Assembly (NCBI GenBank): GCA_035651315.1
Contig: DASRFY010000211.1
Location: 148-64,147 of the forward strand
Source of the DNA: Burkholderiales bacterium
GTDB lineage: Bacteria; Pseudomonadota; Gammaproteobacteria; Burkholderiales; Eutrophovitaceae
DNA: 64,000 nt
Direction of reading: 5' to 3'
How positions within the stretch are numbered: position 1 is the stretch's first letter; each line of letters begins with the position of its first letter. The notes beneath the pieces are model-generated. The model did not search any database. It was given only the letters and a program-made list of their open reading frames with translations, and had not been told where the DNA came from. This document shows positions 42,396 to 52,213 of this stretch, in pieces. A program made the translations under genes and the position numbers.

Positions 42396-43715
42396 ATGGC
42401 CTCCTCCGCACCGGAATCCTTCGTGCAGCGGTTCCGCGCCGCCGCGCAGTACATTCATGCGTTCCGCGGGCGCACCTTCGTCATCGCCTTCGGCGGCGAG
42501 GTGGTGGCGGACGGCAAGTTCGCCGCCCTCACCCACGACCTCAATCTGCTCGCCAGTCTCGGGGTGAGACTCGCGCTGGCGCACGGCGCGCGCCCGCAGA
42601 TCGAGCACGAGCTCGCCGCGCGCGGGTTGCAATCGCGCTACGTGGACGGCGTGCGCGTCACCGACGAGCAGACGCTTTCCTGTGTAAAACAGGCGAGCGG
42701 CCGCCTGCGCGTGGAGATCGAGGCGCAGCTGTCCACCGGCCTGGCGAACTCGCCGATGGCGGGCAGCCGCATTCGCGTGGCTTCCGGCAACTTCGTCGTC
42801 GCGCGCCCGCGCGGCGTGGTGCACGGCGTCGACATGCTCTACGCCGGCGAGGTGCGCAAGATCGACGCCGAGGCGGTGCGGCGCCGTCTGGACGACGAGG
42901 AGCTGGTGCTGCTCTCCCCGCTCGGCTATTCGCCCACCGGCGAGATATTCAATCTCACCGTCGAGGATGTCGCCGCGCAAACCGCCATTTCCCTCGGCGC
43001 GGACAAGCTGATCTTTCTCACCGACGAAGCGGGCCTGCCGGGCCGCGGCGGGGAACTGCTGCGCGAACTCACCGTCTCGGAGGCGGAAGCGCTGCTGCGC
43101 GACCGGCAGCGCCTGCCCGACGGCGTCAAGCCTTACCTGCCGTTCGCCATCCACGCCTGCCGCGGCGGCACGCCGCGCGTGCACCTAGTCAGCCGCCACG
43201 TCGACGGCGCGCTGCTGCTGGAGCTGTTCACCCACGAAGGCGTGGGCAGCATGGTGACGCAGGACCCGCTCGAGCGGCTGCGCGAGGCGACGATCGAGGA
43301 TGTCGGCGGCATCCTGCAGCTGATCGAACCGCTGGAGGCGGACGGCACGCTGGTCAAGCGCTCGCGCGAACTGCTGGAAATCGAGATCGAACGGTTCACC
43401 GTGCTCGAACACGATCGGATGATCGTGGGCTGCGCCGCGCTGTACCCGTTTCCCGAGGAACAGACGGGAGAACTCGCCTGCCTGGCGGTGCATCCGGACT
43501 ATCGCAATGCGCGCGCCGGCGAGCGACTGCTGCAGGCGATCGAGACGCGCGCCAAGGAAGCGAAACTCAGGCGCGTATTCGTGCTCACCACGCGCGCATC
43601 GCACTGGTTCATCGAGCACGGCTTCAGCGAGGCGCCGCTCGCCGCGCTGCCGGCGCGCAAGCAGGCGCTTTACAACTACCAGCGGCGCTCGAAAGTCTTC
43701 GCCAAGTCCGTCTGA
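42396..43715 (+). CDS. argA: Amino-acid N-acetyltransferase (N-acetylglutamate synthase)
   Basis: 439 aa. An AAK kinase-like domain (FRGRTFVIAFGGEVV) plus a C-terminal GNAT domain. Confidence 0.9.
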   Translation: MASSAPESFVQRFRAAAQYIHAFRGRTFVIAFGGEVVADGKFAALTHDLNLLASLGVRLALAHGARPQIEHELAARGLQSRYVDGVRVTDEQTLSCVKQASGRLRVEIEAQLSTGLANSPMAGSRIRVASGNFVVARPRGVVHGVDMLYAGEVRKIDAEAVRRRLDDEELVLLSPLGYSPTGEIFNLTVEDVAAQTAISLGADKLIFLTDEAGLPGRGGELLRELTVSEAEALLRDRQRLPDGVKPYLPFAIHACRGGTPRVHLVSRHVDGALLLELFTHEGVGSMVTQDPLERLREATIEDVGGILQLIEPLEADGTLVKRSRELLEIEIERFTVLEHDRMIVGCAALYPFPEEQTGELACLAVHPDYRNARAGERLLQAIETRAKEAKLRRVFVLTTRASHWFIEHGFSEAPLAALPARKQALYNYQRRSKVFAKSV

Positions 43716-43817
43716 CCCGGGCCGGCCTGGCGCGGGCCTATAATCATCCGCCTGAGTTGTCATGCGGCTGTAACGCGCTGGTCGCCGGCCGCGTGTAACC
43801 TACTGAAGCGTAAAACG

Positions 43818-44090
43818 ATGGCCAGAATGGTGAAGTGCGTAAAGCTGGGCCAGGACGCAGAAGGCCTGGACTTTCCCCCGTTTCCCGGCGCGCTTGGCAA
43901 GCGCATTTTCGAAAACGTCTCGAAAGAGGCATGGAAGGGCTGGCTCGAGCACCAGAAGATGCTGGTGAACGAGAACCGGCTCAACCTCGCGGATCCTCAA
44001 GCCCGCAGGTACCTGATGGAGCAGACCGAGCGCTACTTCTTCGGTCCGGGCGCCGACGTTGCCGCGGGGTATGTGCCGCCCGGACGCTAG
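43818..44090 (+). CDS. yggX: Fe(2+)-trafficking / oxidative damage protection protein
   Basis: 90 aa. Starts [24 protein letters not shown], with [15 protein letters not shown] as in YggX. Confidence 0.9.
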   Translation: MARMVKCVKLGQDAEGLDFPPFPGALGKRIFENVSKEAWKGWLEHQKMLVNENRLNLADPQARRYLMEQTERYFFGPGADVAAGYVPPGR

Positions 44091-44099
44091 TCGCCCGCT

Positions 44100-46346
44100 G
44101 TGCGGGGAGCCGGCCCCGCAATTGCACTTCACCCGGCTGTCATTTCGGCGCGGGAGGACATCATTAGCGACGCGGCATTCAACAAGGCCGAAGCGCCCGA
44201 GCTGCCGGCGGGACCGGCGGCCGAAAAGGCGGCGCGCAAGAAGGCGGCGATCGCCGGCGCCAAGAGCGGCAAGCCGCGCGGCGCCGACCCGCACCTTTTC
44301 CTGAACCGGGAGCTGTCCCAGCTCGAGTTCAACCGGCGCGTGCTGGCGCAGGCCGAGGACCCCGCCGTTCCTCTGCTGGAGCGGCTGCGTTTCCTGTGCA
44401 TCGTATCGAGCAATCTCGACGAGTTCTTCGAGATCCGCGTGGCGGGACTCAAGGCCCAGATCGAGCTCGGCGTCGACGCGAGCGGGCCGGACGGCGCGCA
44501 GCCGATGCAGGTGTTCCGCCAGGTCGCCGCACGCACGCACGAACTGGTGGCACACCAGTACCGGCTGTGGAACGAGCAGCTGTTGCCGCAGCTCGCGGAG
44601 CACGGCGTGTGCTTTCTACGCCGGCGCGACTGGAACGAGCAGCAGAAGACCTGGATCCGGGCCTACTTCCGGCGCGAGATCATGCCCGTGATGACGCCGA
44701 TCGGGCTCGATCCGGCGCATCCCTTCCCGCGCATCCTCAACAAGAGCCTGAATTTCGCGGTGCAGCTCTCCGGCAAGGATGCCTTCGGCCGACGCTCCGG
44801 CATCGCGCTGGTGCAGGCCCCGCGCGTGCTGCCGCGCGTGATCCAGCTGCCGGCCGGCATCGCCGGCGCGGACCACGCCTTCGTCTTCCTGTCTTCCATC
44901 ATCCACGCGCACGTCGGCGAGCTGTTCGCCGGCATGGAAGTGCAGGGCTGTTACCAGTTCCGCGTCACGCGCAACTCCGAACTGTTCGTCGACGAGGAGG
45001 AGGTGAAGAACCTGCGTATCGCGCTGCAGGGCGAACTGCCGCAGCGGCATTTCGGCGATGCGGTGCGGCTCGAGGTGGCCGACCTGTGCTCGAGCGAGAT
45101 CTCGGACTTCCTGCTGCAGCAGTTCAATCTCGGCCCCGACGACCTGTACCGCGTCAGCGGCCCGGTCAACCTGGTGCGGCTGATGCAGATCCCGGATCTG
45201 GTCGATCATCCGGAGCTGAAGTACCGGCCTTTCGTGCCGGGGCTGCCGGCGGCGCTGGCGGAGAACGACGACATGTTCGCCGCGATCCGCCGCGGGGACC
45301 TGCTGCTGCACCACCCGTACCAGTCCTTCAAGCCGGTGGTGGGTTTCATCCAGCAGGCGGCCGCCGACCCGAACGTGGTGGCGATCAAGCAGACGGTGTA
45401 TCGCACCGGCGTGAACTCCGAGCTGATGCAGTCGCTGATCGACGCGGCCCGCAGCGGCAAGGAGGTCACCGTGGTCGTCGAGCTGCTCGCGCGGTTCGAT
45501 GAAGAAGCGAACATCAACTGGGCGCAGCGGCTCGAGGAGGTCGGCGCGCACGTCGTATACGGCGTGGTCGGCCACAAGACCCACGCCAAGATGGCGATGG
45601 TGGTGCGGCGGGAGGAAGGCGGGCTGAAGCGTTACGTGCATCTCGGCACCGGCAACTATCACGCGCGCACCGCGCAGCTTTATACCGATTTCGGCCTGCT
45701 CACCTGCGAAGAGGCGATCTGCGCCGACGTGAACGACCTGTTCATGCAGCTCACCGGGCTGGGCAAGGCGAGCAAGCTCAAGCACCTGTGGCAGTCGCCC
45801 TTCACGCTGCACGCGCAGATACTCGGGGCGATCCGTCGCGAGGCGGACGCGGCGCGCGCCGGGCAGCCAGCCCAGATCATCGCCAAGATGAACGCCCTGC
45901 TCGAGCCGGAGATCATCGCCGCGCTTTATCAGGCCTCCAAGGCGGGCGTGCAGATCGATCTCATCGTGCGCGGCGTGTGTGCGCTGCGCCCGGGCTTGGG
46001 CGGCACTTCGGACAAGATCCGCGTGCGCTCGATCATCGGCCGCTTCCTCGAGCACCACCGCGTGTTCTACTTCCGCAGCGCGGACGCGGTGTATCTCGCC
46101 AGCGCCGACTGGATGGACCGCAATTTCTTCCGGCGCATCGAGGTGTGCTTCCCGGTGCTCGATCCGAAACTGAAAAAGCGCGTCGTCGACGAATCGCTGA
46201 AGACCTGTCTCGCCGACAACGTGCAGGCGTGGGAAATGGACGCCGCGGGGCACTACCTGCGCCGGCAGCCGAACCGCGCCAAGCCGGCGGCGGCGCAGGC
46301 GGTCCTGCTGGATCAACTCGCCGCGAATCCCGGCGGCCAAGCCTAG
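44100..46346 (+). CDS. ppk1: Polyphosphate kinase 1
   Basis: FLNRELSQLEFNRRVL and the four PPK1 domains, including two PLD-like C-terminal domains. The GTG at 44100 is the only canonical start upstream and gives an Ala/Lys-rich N-terminal extension of about 60 aa. Confidence 0.9.
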   Translation: MRGAGPAIALHPAVISAREDIISDAAFNKAEAPELPAGPAAEKAARKKAAIAGAKSGKPRGADPHLFLNRELSQLEFNRRVLAQAEDPAVPLLERLRFLCIVSSNLDEFFEIRVAGLKAQIELGVDASGPDGAQPMQVFRQVAARTHELVAHQYRLWNEQLLPQLAEHGVCFLRRRDWNEQQKTWIRAYFRREIMPVMTPIGLDPAHPFPRILNKSLNFAVQLSGKDAFGRRSGIALVQAPRVLPRVIQLPAGIAGADHAFVFLSSIIHAHVGELFAGMEVQGCYQFRVTRNSELFVDEEEVKNLRIALQGELPQRHFGDAVRLEVADLCSSEISDFLLQQFNLGPDDLYRVSGPVNLVRLMQIPDLVDHPELKYRPFVPGLPAALAENDDMFAAIRRGDLLLHHPYQSFKPVVGFIQQAAADPNVVAIKQTVYRTGVNSELMQSLIDAARSGKEVTVVVELLARFDEEANINWAQRLEEVGAHVVYGVVGHKTHAKMAMVVRREEGGLKRYVHLGTGNYHARTAQLYTDFGLLTCEEAICADVNDLFMQLTGLGKASKLKHLWQSPFTLHAQILGAIRREADAARAGQPAQIIAKMNALLEPEIIAALYQASKAGVQIDLIVRGVCALRPGLGGTSDKIRVRSIIGRFLEHHRVFYFRSADAVYLASADWMDRNFFRRIEVCFPVLDPKLKKRVVDESLKTCLADNVQAWEMDAAGHYLRRQPNRAKPAAAQAVLLDQLAANPGGQA

Positions 46347-46411
46347 GAAGGCTCTGCACAAGCTACACGACGCGGGCGATGTCGCGGCATTTGTTCGCGG
46401 GCACAGCACGA

Positions 46412-47947
46412 ATGAGCACCGAGATCGAGCTCAAGCTCAGCGTTCCGGCCGCGCGCGCGGGAATGCTGTGGAAGACCCGCGCGCTCGCCCGCCTGCCGCA
46501 CGCGCCTCCGATGACGCGGCGGCTGTTTTCCGCCTATTACGATACGAAAGACTTCGCGCTCCATGCGGCCGGCGTAACGGTGCGCCTTCGGCGCGAGGCC
46601 GGCCGCTGGGTGCAGACCGTCAAGGGCGGCGGGGAAGCGAGCGGCGGGCTGCACAGCCGCAGCGAAAGCGAGGAGCGGGTACCGGCGCAACTGTTGAATC
46701 TGCCGGCGCTGGCGCAGGCCGGACTCGGCGAATTGCTCGAACGCGGCGCGCTGCACCGCGGGCTCGGCGTCGTGTTCGCGACGCAGGTCCGGCGCACCAC
46801 GACCATGGTGGAGCCGCTGCCGGGCAGCCGCGTGGAGCTGAGCCTGGATCGCGGCGAGATCGTGGCCGGCGTGCGCCGCGAGCCGTTGTGCGAAATCGAG
46901 CTGGAGCTGAAATCGGGTTCGACGGACGCGCTGTTCTCGCTCGCGAGCGCGCTCGCGCACGAACTGCCGCTGCGACTGGACAATGCATCGAAGGCGCAGC
47001 GCGGTTACCGGCTCGCGATCGGCGAGCGAGCGACGCCCGCCAAGGCCGCTCCTGTCGCGTTGCCCGGGAGCGCAACGGTCGACGAAGGTTTCCGCACGGT
47101 GGCCTTTGCCTGCCTGCAGCAGCTGCAAGCCAACGAATCGGGCGTGTTGCACTCGCCCGATCCGGAATACGTCCACCAGGCCCGCGTCGCGCTGCGGCGG
47201 CTGCGCTCGGCGTTTACTGCCTTTTCCGGCGCGGTGCCGAAGGATTTTTTCTCCGCCCAGTTCGGCGCGCTGCGCGCGCTGGCGGCAACGCTCGGAGAAG
47301 CGCGCGACTGGGACGTGTTCGTCGGCCAGACGCTGCGCCAGGCAGCCGGCGGCGGCGCCATTCCAGCGGCGCTGGCGCGCTTGAAGCGCCGCGCCGCCGC
47401 ACAGCGCCGTCGCGCCCGCTCTGCGGCGAAGCAGGCGCTGGAGAACGCCGATTACACGCTGTTGCTGATCGATCTGGTCCGCATGTTGCACGCCGGCGAC
47501 TGGGTGCGATCGCGCACGCCCGAGCAGGCACAGGCGGCACGGGAAGACCTGGCGCGCTTCGCCGCGCGCTCGCTCGCCCGGCGCGACGCCAGGCTGCGCA
47601 GCCGCGCGGACGAGGCCGAGGACTGCGACCCCGCGGCAGTGCATCGCCTGCGCATCGAGGCGAAGAAACTGCGCTATGCGTGCGAATTCTTCGGCGGCCT
47701 GTTCGCGCACAAGAAAGTGCGCGGCTATCTTTCCCGCCTCCTCGATCTGCAGGAACTGCTCGGCGCCGTCAACGACGCGGCAACGACGCACCGACTGCTG
47801 GAAACGCTGGCCGAACGGGGCGCAAAATCCGACTGCGCGGACGCGCTGAGCTTTCTGCACGGATACACTGCAGCACGGATGCAGGCGCGGCTCGATGCGC
47901 TGCCGGCGGCGCTGGGCGCGGTTGTCCGCGCCAAGCCTTTCTGGTAA
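46412..47947 (+). CDS. CYTH and CHAD domain-containing protein
   Basis: N-terminal EIELKL (CYTH ExExK signature). C-terminal CHAD helices (HQARVALRRLRSAF, VHRLRIEAKKLRYACEFF). An alternative ATG lies at 46379. Confidence 0.8.
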   Translation: MSTEIELKLSVPAARAGMLWKTRALARLPHAPPMTRRLFSAYYDTKDFALHAAGVTVRLRREAGRWVQTVKGGGEASGGLHSRSESEERVPAQLLNLPALAQAGLGELLERGALHRGLGVVFATQVRRTTTMVEPLPGSRVELSLDRGEIVAGVRREPLCEIELELKSGSTDALFSLASALAHELPLRLDNASKAQRGYRLAIGERATPAKAAPVALPGSATVDEGFRTVAFACLQQLQANESGVLHSPDPEYVHQARVALRRLRSAFTAFSGAVPKDFFSAQFGALRALAATLGEARDWDVFVGQTLRQAAGGGAIPAALARLKRRAAAQRRRARSAAKQALENADYTLLLIDLVRMLHAGDWVRSRTPEQAQAAREDLARFAARSLARRDARLRSRADEAEDCDPAAVHRLRIEAKKLRYACEFFGGLFAHKKVRGYLSRLLDLQELLGAVNDAATTHRLLETLAERGAKSDCADALSFLHGYTAARMQARLDALPAALGAVVRAKPFW

Positions 47948-47958
47948 CGAGCGAGGCT

Positions 47959-48411
47959 ATGGACCTTATCTTTTGGCGGCACGCCGAGGCAGAGGACGGC
48001 CTGCCGGATCTCGCCCGCAAGCTCACGCCGAAAGGCGTCAAGCAGGCGCGCGCCATGGCCGAGTGGCTGCGCCCCAGACTGCCGCGCAGGACGCGGGTAA
48101 TTGTCAGCCCCGCCGAGCGCGCCAGGCAGACGGTGCGCGCGCTGACCGACGACTTCGAGATCGTGAAGGATGTCGCGCCGGGCGCGTCGCATGCGGCGCT
48201 GCTCGGCGCGGCCGGATGGCCGCACGCCGAACATGCGGTGCTCGTGGTCGGCCACCAACCGGCACTCGGCTACGCCGCTTCGCTGCTGCTCGCCGGGACG
48301 GAAGCGGAATGGAGCATCAAGAAAGGCGCCGTGTGGTGGCTGAGCCGCCGCGCGCGCCGCGAAGAAAGCCAGGTCGTGCTGCGCGCCGTGATGTCTCCGG
48401 ACCTGCTTTGA
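47959..48411 (+). CDS. Histidine phosphatase family protein (SixA-like)
   Basis: 150 aa. RHAEA catalytic-His motif at the N-terminus and a GHQP motif, as in SixA-type phosphohistidine phosphatases. Confidence 0.8.
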   Translation: MDLIFWRHAEAEDGLPDLARKLTPKGVKQARAMAEWLRPRLPRRTRVIVSPAERARQTVRALTDDFEIVKDVAPGASHAALLGAAGWPHAEHAVLVVGHQPALGYAASLLLAGTEAEWSIKKGAVWWLSRRARREESQVVLRAVMSPDLL

Positions 48412-48424
48412 ATGGGGAGTCGCC

Positions 48425-49903
48425 GTGTTCGAGTCCGCCGAGCTGGGCCATGCGATCGCCAAGAGCATTTACGCGCGGCAGGTGCCGAAGCTGCGCGAGG
48501 CGCTGCTCGACGCGCAATACGACCTTTCCCGCAACGGCCGCTTCCCGGTCATCATCCTGATCGGCGGCGTCGACGGCGCCGGCAAGGGCGAGACCCTCAA
48601 CATCCTCAACGAATGGATGGATCCACGCCACATCCGGACGGTGGCTTTCGACGAGCCTACCGACGAGGAGGCGGAGCGCCCTCGCATGTGGCGCTTCTGG
48701 CGCGCGCTGCCGCCGAAAGGCAAAATCGGCATCCTGTTCGGCCACTGGTATACCCAGCCCGTCGTCGACCGGGTGTATGGCGCGATCAGGCAGGCGCGGC
48801 TGGCGCAGAACATCGAAGACATCGTGCGCTTCGAGAGAATGCTCACCGACGAAGGCGCGCTGCTGCTCAAGTTCTGGTTCCACCTCTCCAAGGCGCAGCA
48901 AAAGAAGCGCCTGAAGTCGCTGGAGAAAGACCGTGCCACCCGCTGGCGCGTCACCGATACCGACTGGGAGCGGTTCAAGCTCTACGACAAATTCCGCAGG
49001 GTCTCCGAGTTCACGCTGCGCAACACCAGCAGCGCCGAGGCGCCATGGGTCGTCGTGGAAGGCGCCGACGCCTACTATCGCAATCTCACCGTCGGCAAGA
49101 CCCTGCTCGCGGCGATGCGCGAGCGGCTCGACCAGAAACCGGTGCGGCGGGTCGAGGACCGCGTGCCGCCGATCCCGCGCGCGCTGGATCGACGCGACGT
49201 GCTCAACTCGCTGGACCTGTCGCTCGCGCTCGACGTCAAGCAATACGCCGCAGCGCGCGCCGCATACCAGGGCAGGCTGAACCGTCTGTCACGGCATCCG
49301 AAATTCGCGAAGCGCTCTGCGATCCTGGTGTTCGAGGGCAACGACGCGGCGGGCAAGGGCGGGGCCATCCGGCGCGTGACCGCGGCGCTCGACGCGCGCC
49401 AATATCACATTGTACCGACCGCGGCGCCGAGCGAAGAAGAGCGCGCCCAGCCCTACCTGTGGCGCTTCTGGCGGCACGTTCCGCGGCGCGGGCGCTTCGC
49501 CATCTTCGACCGCTCGTGGTACGGGCGCGTGCTGGTGGAGCGCGTCGAGGGCTTGTGCACCGAGGCGGACTGGGCGCGCGCCTACGGCGAGATCAACGAT
49601 TTCGAGCAGCAACTCACCGACAACGGCGCGATCGTGCTCAAGTTCTGGCTGGCGATCGGCAAAGACGAGCAGTACCGGCGCTTCGAGGAGCGCGAGAAGA
49701 CCGCGTTCAAGCGCTTCAAGATCACGCCCGAGGACTGGCGCAACCGCGAGAAGTGGGAGGCGTACGAGGCCGCGGTGTGCGACATGGTCGACCGCACCTC
49801 CACCGCCATCGCCCCCTGGACACTGGTCGAGGCCAACGACAAGCACTACGCGCGCATCAAGATCCTGAGGACCGTGTGCGAGCGGATCGAGCAGGCGCTC
49901 TGA
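48425..49903 (+). CDS. ppk2: Two-domain polyphosphate kinase 2 (polyphosphate:AMP phosphotransferase-like)
   Basis: 492 aa with two PPK2 P-loop modules (GGVDGAGKGETLN and EGNDAAGKGGAIR). GTG start at 48425. Confidence 0.9.
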   Translation: MFESAELGHAIAKSIYARQVPKLREALLDAQYDLSRNGRFPVIILIGGVDGAGKGETLNILNEWMDPRHIRTVAFDEPTDEEAERPRMWRFWRALPPKGKIGILFGHWYTQPVVDRVYGAIRQARLAQNIEDIVRFERMLTDEGALLLKFWFHLSKAQQKKRLKSLEKDRATRWRVTDTDWERFKLYDKFRRVSEFTLRNTSSAEAPWVVVEGADAYYRNLTVGKTLLAAMRERLDQKPVRRVEDRVPPIPRALDRRDVLNSLDLSLALDVKQYAAARAAYQGRLNRLSRHPKFAKRSAILVFEGNDAAGKGGAIRRVTAALDARQYHIVPTAAPSEEERAQPYLWRFWRHVPRRGRFAIFDRSWYGRVLVERVEGLCTEADWARAYGEINDFEQQLTDNGAIVLKFWLAIGKDEQYRRFEEREKTAFKRFKITPEDWRNREKWEAYEAAVCDMVDRTSTAIAPWTLVEANDKHYARIKILRTVCERIEQAL

Positions 49904-49990
49904 CAATGACGCGCGAAAGCCTCGATTCGCGCATTGCCCTTCGCTGATCGCTCGGACCGAGAGGAACCTCGCGCCGAAAGCGGGGCCAGA

Positions 49991-50428
49991 ATGCAGCCTG
50001 CATCCCCCAAGTCCGGCTATACTTTTACCGTGGAGCGTTTGAAGATCCTTCTGATCCTGCTGATCTCGTTCTGGCTTCCGATGCAGGGGGCGAGCGCGGT
50101 GGTCATGCCCTATTGCAAGCACGACCAGTCGGGCTCTGCGCGAACGTCCGTCTCCGCGCACCACACCGCGGCCGGGCACGGGGCCGTCGGTCATGTCGGG
50201 CACGAAGACGGGGATCATTCGACAGGCCACAACTCGGTGCCGGCAGCCGCACTTTCTCCCTGCGACGGCTGCGGGCACTGCCATCTGGCCTGCGCGTTCA
50301 CGCTGCCTTCCCGCAGTCTTGCCGCCAGCGAATTCATCTCGTTCGCTGCACCCTCGTTCACGCCGCAGCTTCCGCACGGCATCACACCCCACCCGCTGCA
50401 CCGGCCTCCGCTCCTCGCGCGCGCCTGA
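49991..50428 (+). CDS. Secreted His/Cys-rich protein, DUF2946-like
   Basis: Hydrophobic signal ILLILLISFWLPMQGASA, a His-rich tract, CDGCGHCHLAC, and a C-terminal HRPP motif. The start is ambiguous (ATG 49991, GTG 50030). Confidence 0.55.
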   Translation: MQPASPKSGYTFTVERLKILLILLISFWLPMQGASAVVMPYCKHDQSGSARTSVSAHHTAAGHGAVGHVGHEDGDHSTGHNSVPAAALSPCDGCGHCHLACAFTLPSRSLAASEFISFAAPSFTPQLPHGITPHPLHRPPLLARA

Positions 50429-50500
50429 ATCCGTGCCGCCGGAAGGCGGCCCTCGTCGTCTGAACGCGAGCGTTTCGCTCGCCCATCGCGTGAGGAACTC

Positions 50501-50752
50501 ATGGTTGACATTCGCATGCATGCGCTCGCCGCAGCGGGCGCGTTGATTCTTTCCGGCTGCGCCGTCGTGGCGCCGTCGCCGATCGGGCCGGACCATCCGG
50601 CCGATCCCGCCGCAGCTGCGGCACCGCTCGATCCCGCCCCATCGGCGCTTTCCGGCTACAAGCCGGCGGCGGCCTTCGCAAGCAGTCCGCCAGGCATGGA
50701 CAGCGGCGCGAGCGCGCACGACCACGACCCGACCAAGGAGGAGCAGAAATGA
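50501..50752 (+). CDS. Small lipoprotein (Pro/Ala-rich)
   Basis: Lipobox ILSGC. GAGGA RBS. The stop overlaps the TolC-like start (ATGA). Confidence 0.6.
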   Translation: MVDIRMHALAAAGALILSGCAVVAPSPIGPDHPADPAAAAAPLDPAPSALSGYKPAAAFASSPPGMDSGASAHDHDPTKEEQK

Positions 50753-52212
50753 GCCGCTGCGCGAGTCCGATATCGAGGCGCGGCGCGGCAGCAATGCTGG
50801 CAATCGCGCTGCTCATCGCCGGCTGCGCCAGCGTGCCGCGCGAGGCCGGTTTCGACACCGTGCGGGATACCGTCGCCTCTCGCGTGCCGTACCAGGTGAA
50901 GTGGAACCGCGACGCCGCGGAAGACGCGGAAGTGCGCGCGGCGGTGCAGCGCATGCTCGCCGACGCGCTGAGCGCCGACGAGGCGGTGCAGATCGCGCTG
51001 CTCAACAACCGCAGCCTGCAGGCGCAGTACGAGCGACTGGGCATCAGCCAGGCCGACGTCGTGCAGGCCGGGCTGCTCGACAACCCGGTCATTTCGATCA
51101 CCGCCATGTCCGGCGCGGGCACGGAGAAGGACTACGACCTGGTCCAGGATTTTCTCGGCGTGATCACGCTCGCCGCGCGCAAGAAGACCGCGCTGGCCGC
51201 ATTCGAGGCGGTCAAGCTCGACGTGGCGAACGAGGCGCTGCGACTCGCCGCCGACGTGAAGTCGGCCTATTTCGCGGTGCAAGGCGACGAGCAGGCGCTG
51301 GAGCTGTTCCGAACCGCGGCGGGCGCCGCGGAAGCGGCCGCGATGCTCGCCGAGCGGCAGCGCGAGGCCGGCACCACGCATCGCCTGAACCAGTCGATGC
51401 AGCAGGGCTTCTACGCACAGACGCTGCTGGAGGTCGCGCGCACCGAGGCACAGCTTCGCGCCGACCGCGAGAAGCTCAACCGGCTGATGGGACTGTACGG
51501 CGGGGAGACGCGCTGGAAGCTGCCCGGCCGGCTGCCCGAGCTGCCGGCGGCGCTGCCGCAGGAGCAGGCGCTGGAAGCCTGGGCGGTCGAGCGCCGCATC
51601 GATCTCGCCGCGCTGCGACGGGAATCGGAAGCGATCGCCACCGCGCTGCAGTTCAATCTCGACTACCGCTGGCTGTCGGTGCTGGGAGTGGGCTACTCGG
51701 TCACCGAGCAGGCCGAAGGCGGCACCATCAAGGGGCCGCAGCTCGAGTTCGGCGTTCCGCTGTTCGACCGCGGGCAGGCGCGCATCGCGCGGCTGCAATC
51801 CGAGCTGCGCCGAAGCGAGCAGGCGCTGTACGCCGCGGCGGTCAACGCACGCTCCGAAGTGCGCGAAGCGCGCGATCTGCTCGCCGCCGCCTACGAGCAG
51901 GCCCGGTTCCTGCGCGACACGATGCTGCCGCTGCAGCAGTCGATCGTGAACGAAACGCTGCTGCGCTACAACGGCATGCTGCTCGGCGTGTACGACCTGT
52001 TGCTCGCCAAGCAGAACCAGCTCAACGCCGCACGCGACTTCGTGCGCGCCAGCCGCGATTTCTGGGTCGCCTATGCGCAGCTCGAGCGCGCCGCCGGTGG
52101 CGGATTGCCGCCGGAGTTTCCCCATCCGGCCGCTTCGACGGCCCCCGCCGCGCAATCTTCGCCGGGAACGCCCGCCGCGGATCAGCCGCATCCATCCGAT
52201 GGAGATCACTGA
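50749..52212 (+). CDS. TolC-family outer membrane efflux lipoprotein
   Basis: Lipobox LIAGC, the duplicated OEP architecture, and an AAGGAGGAG RBS. Confidence 0.85.
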   Translation: MSRCASPISRRGAAAMLAIALLIAGCASVPREAGFDTVRDTVASRVPYQVKWNRDAAEDAEVRAAVQRMLADALSADEAVQIALLNNRSLQAQYERLGISQADVVQAGLLDNPVISITAMSGAGTEKDYDLVQDFLGVITLAARKKTALAAFEAVKLDVANEALRLAADVKSAYFAVQGDEQALELFRTAAGAAEAAAMLAERQREAGTTHRLNQSMQQGFYAQTLLEVARTEAQLRADREKLNRLMGLYGGETRWKLPGRLPELPAALPQEQALEAWAVERRIDLAALRRESEAIATALQFNLDYRWLSVLGVGYSVTEQAEGGTIKGPQLEFGVPLFDRGQARIARLQSELRRSEQALYAAAVNARSEVREARDLLAAAYEQARFLRDTMLPLQQSIVNETLLRYNGMLLGVYDLLLAKQNQLNAARDFVRASRDFWVAYAQLERAAGGGLPPEFPHPAASTAPAAQSSPGTPAADQPHPSDGDH

Positions 52213-52213
52213 A

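Noticed and set aside
43739-43744. A perfect TATAAT hexamer in the argA-yggX spacer.
   Set aside because: No acceptable -35 element lies at 16-19 nt (the upstream sequence is GC-only). It remains a possible extended or alternative-sigma promoter but is not supportable from sequence alone.
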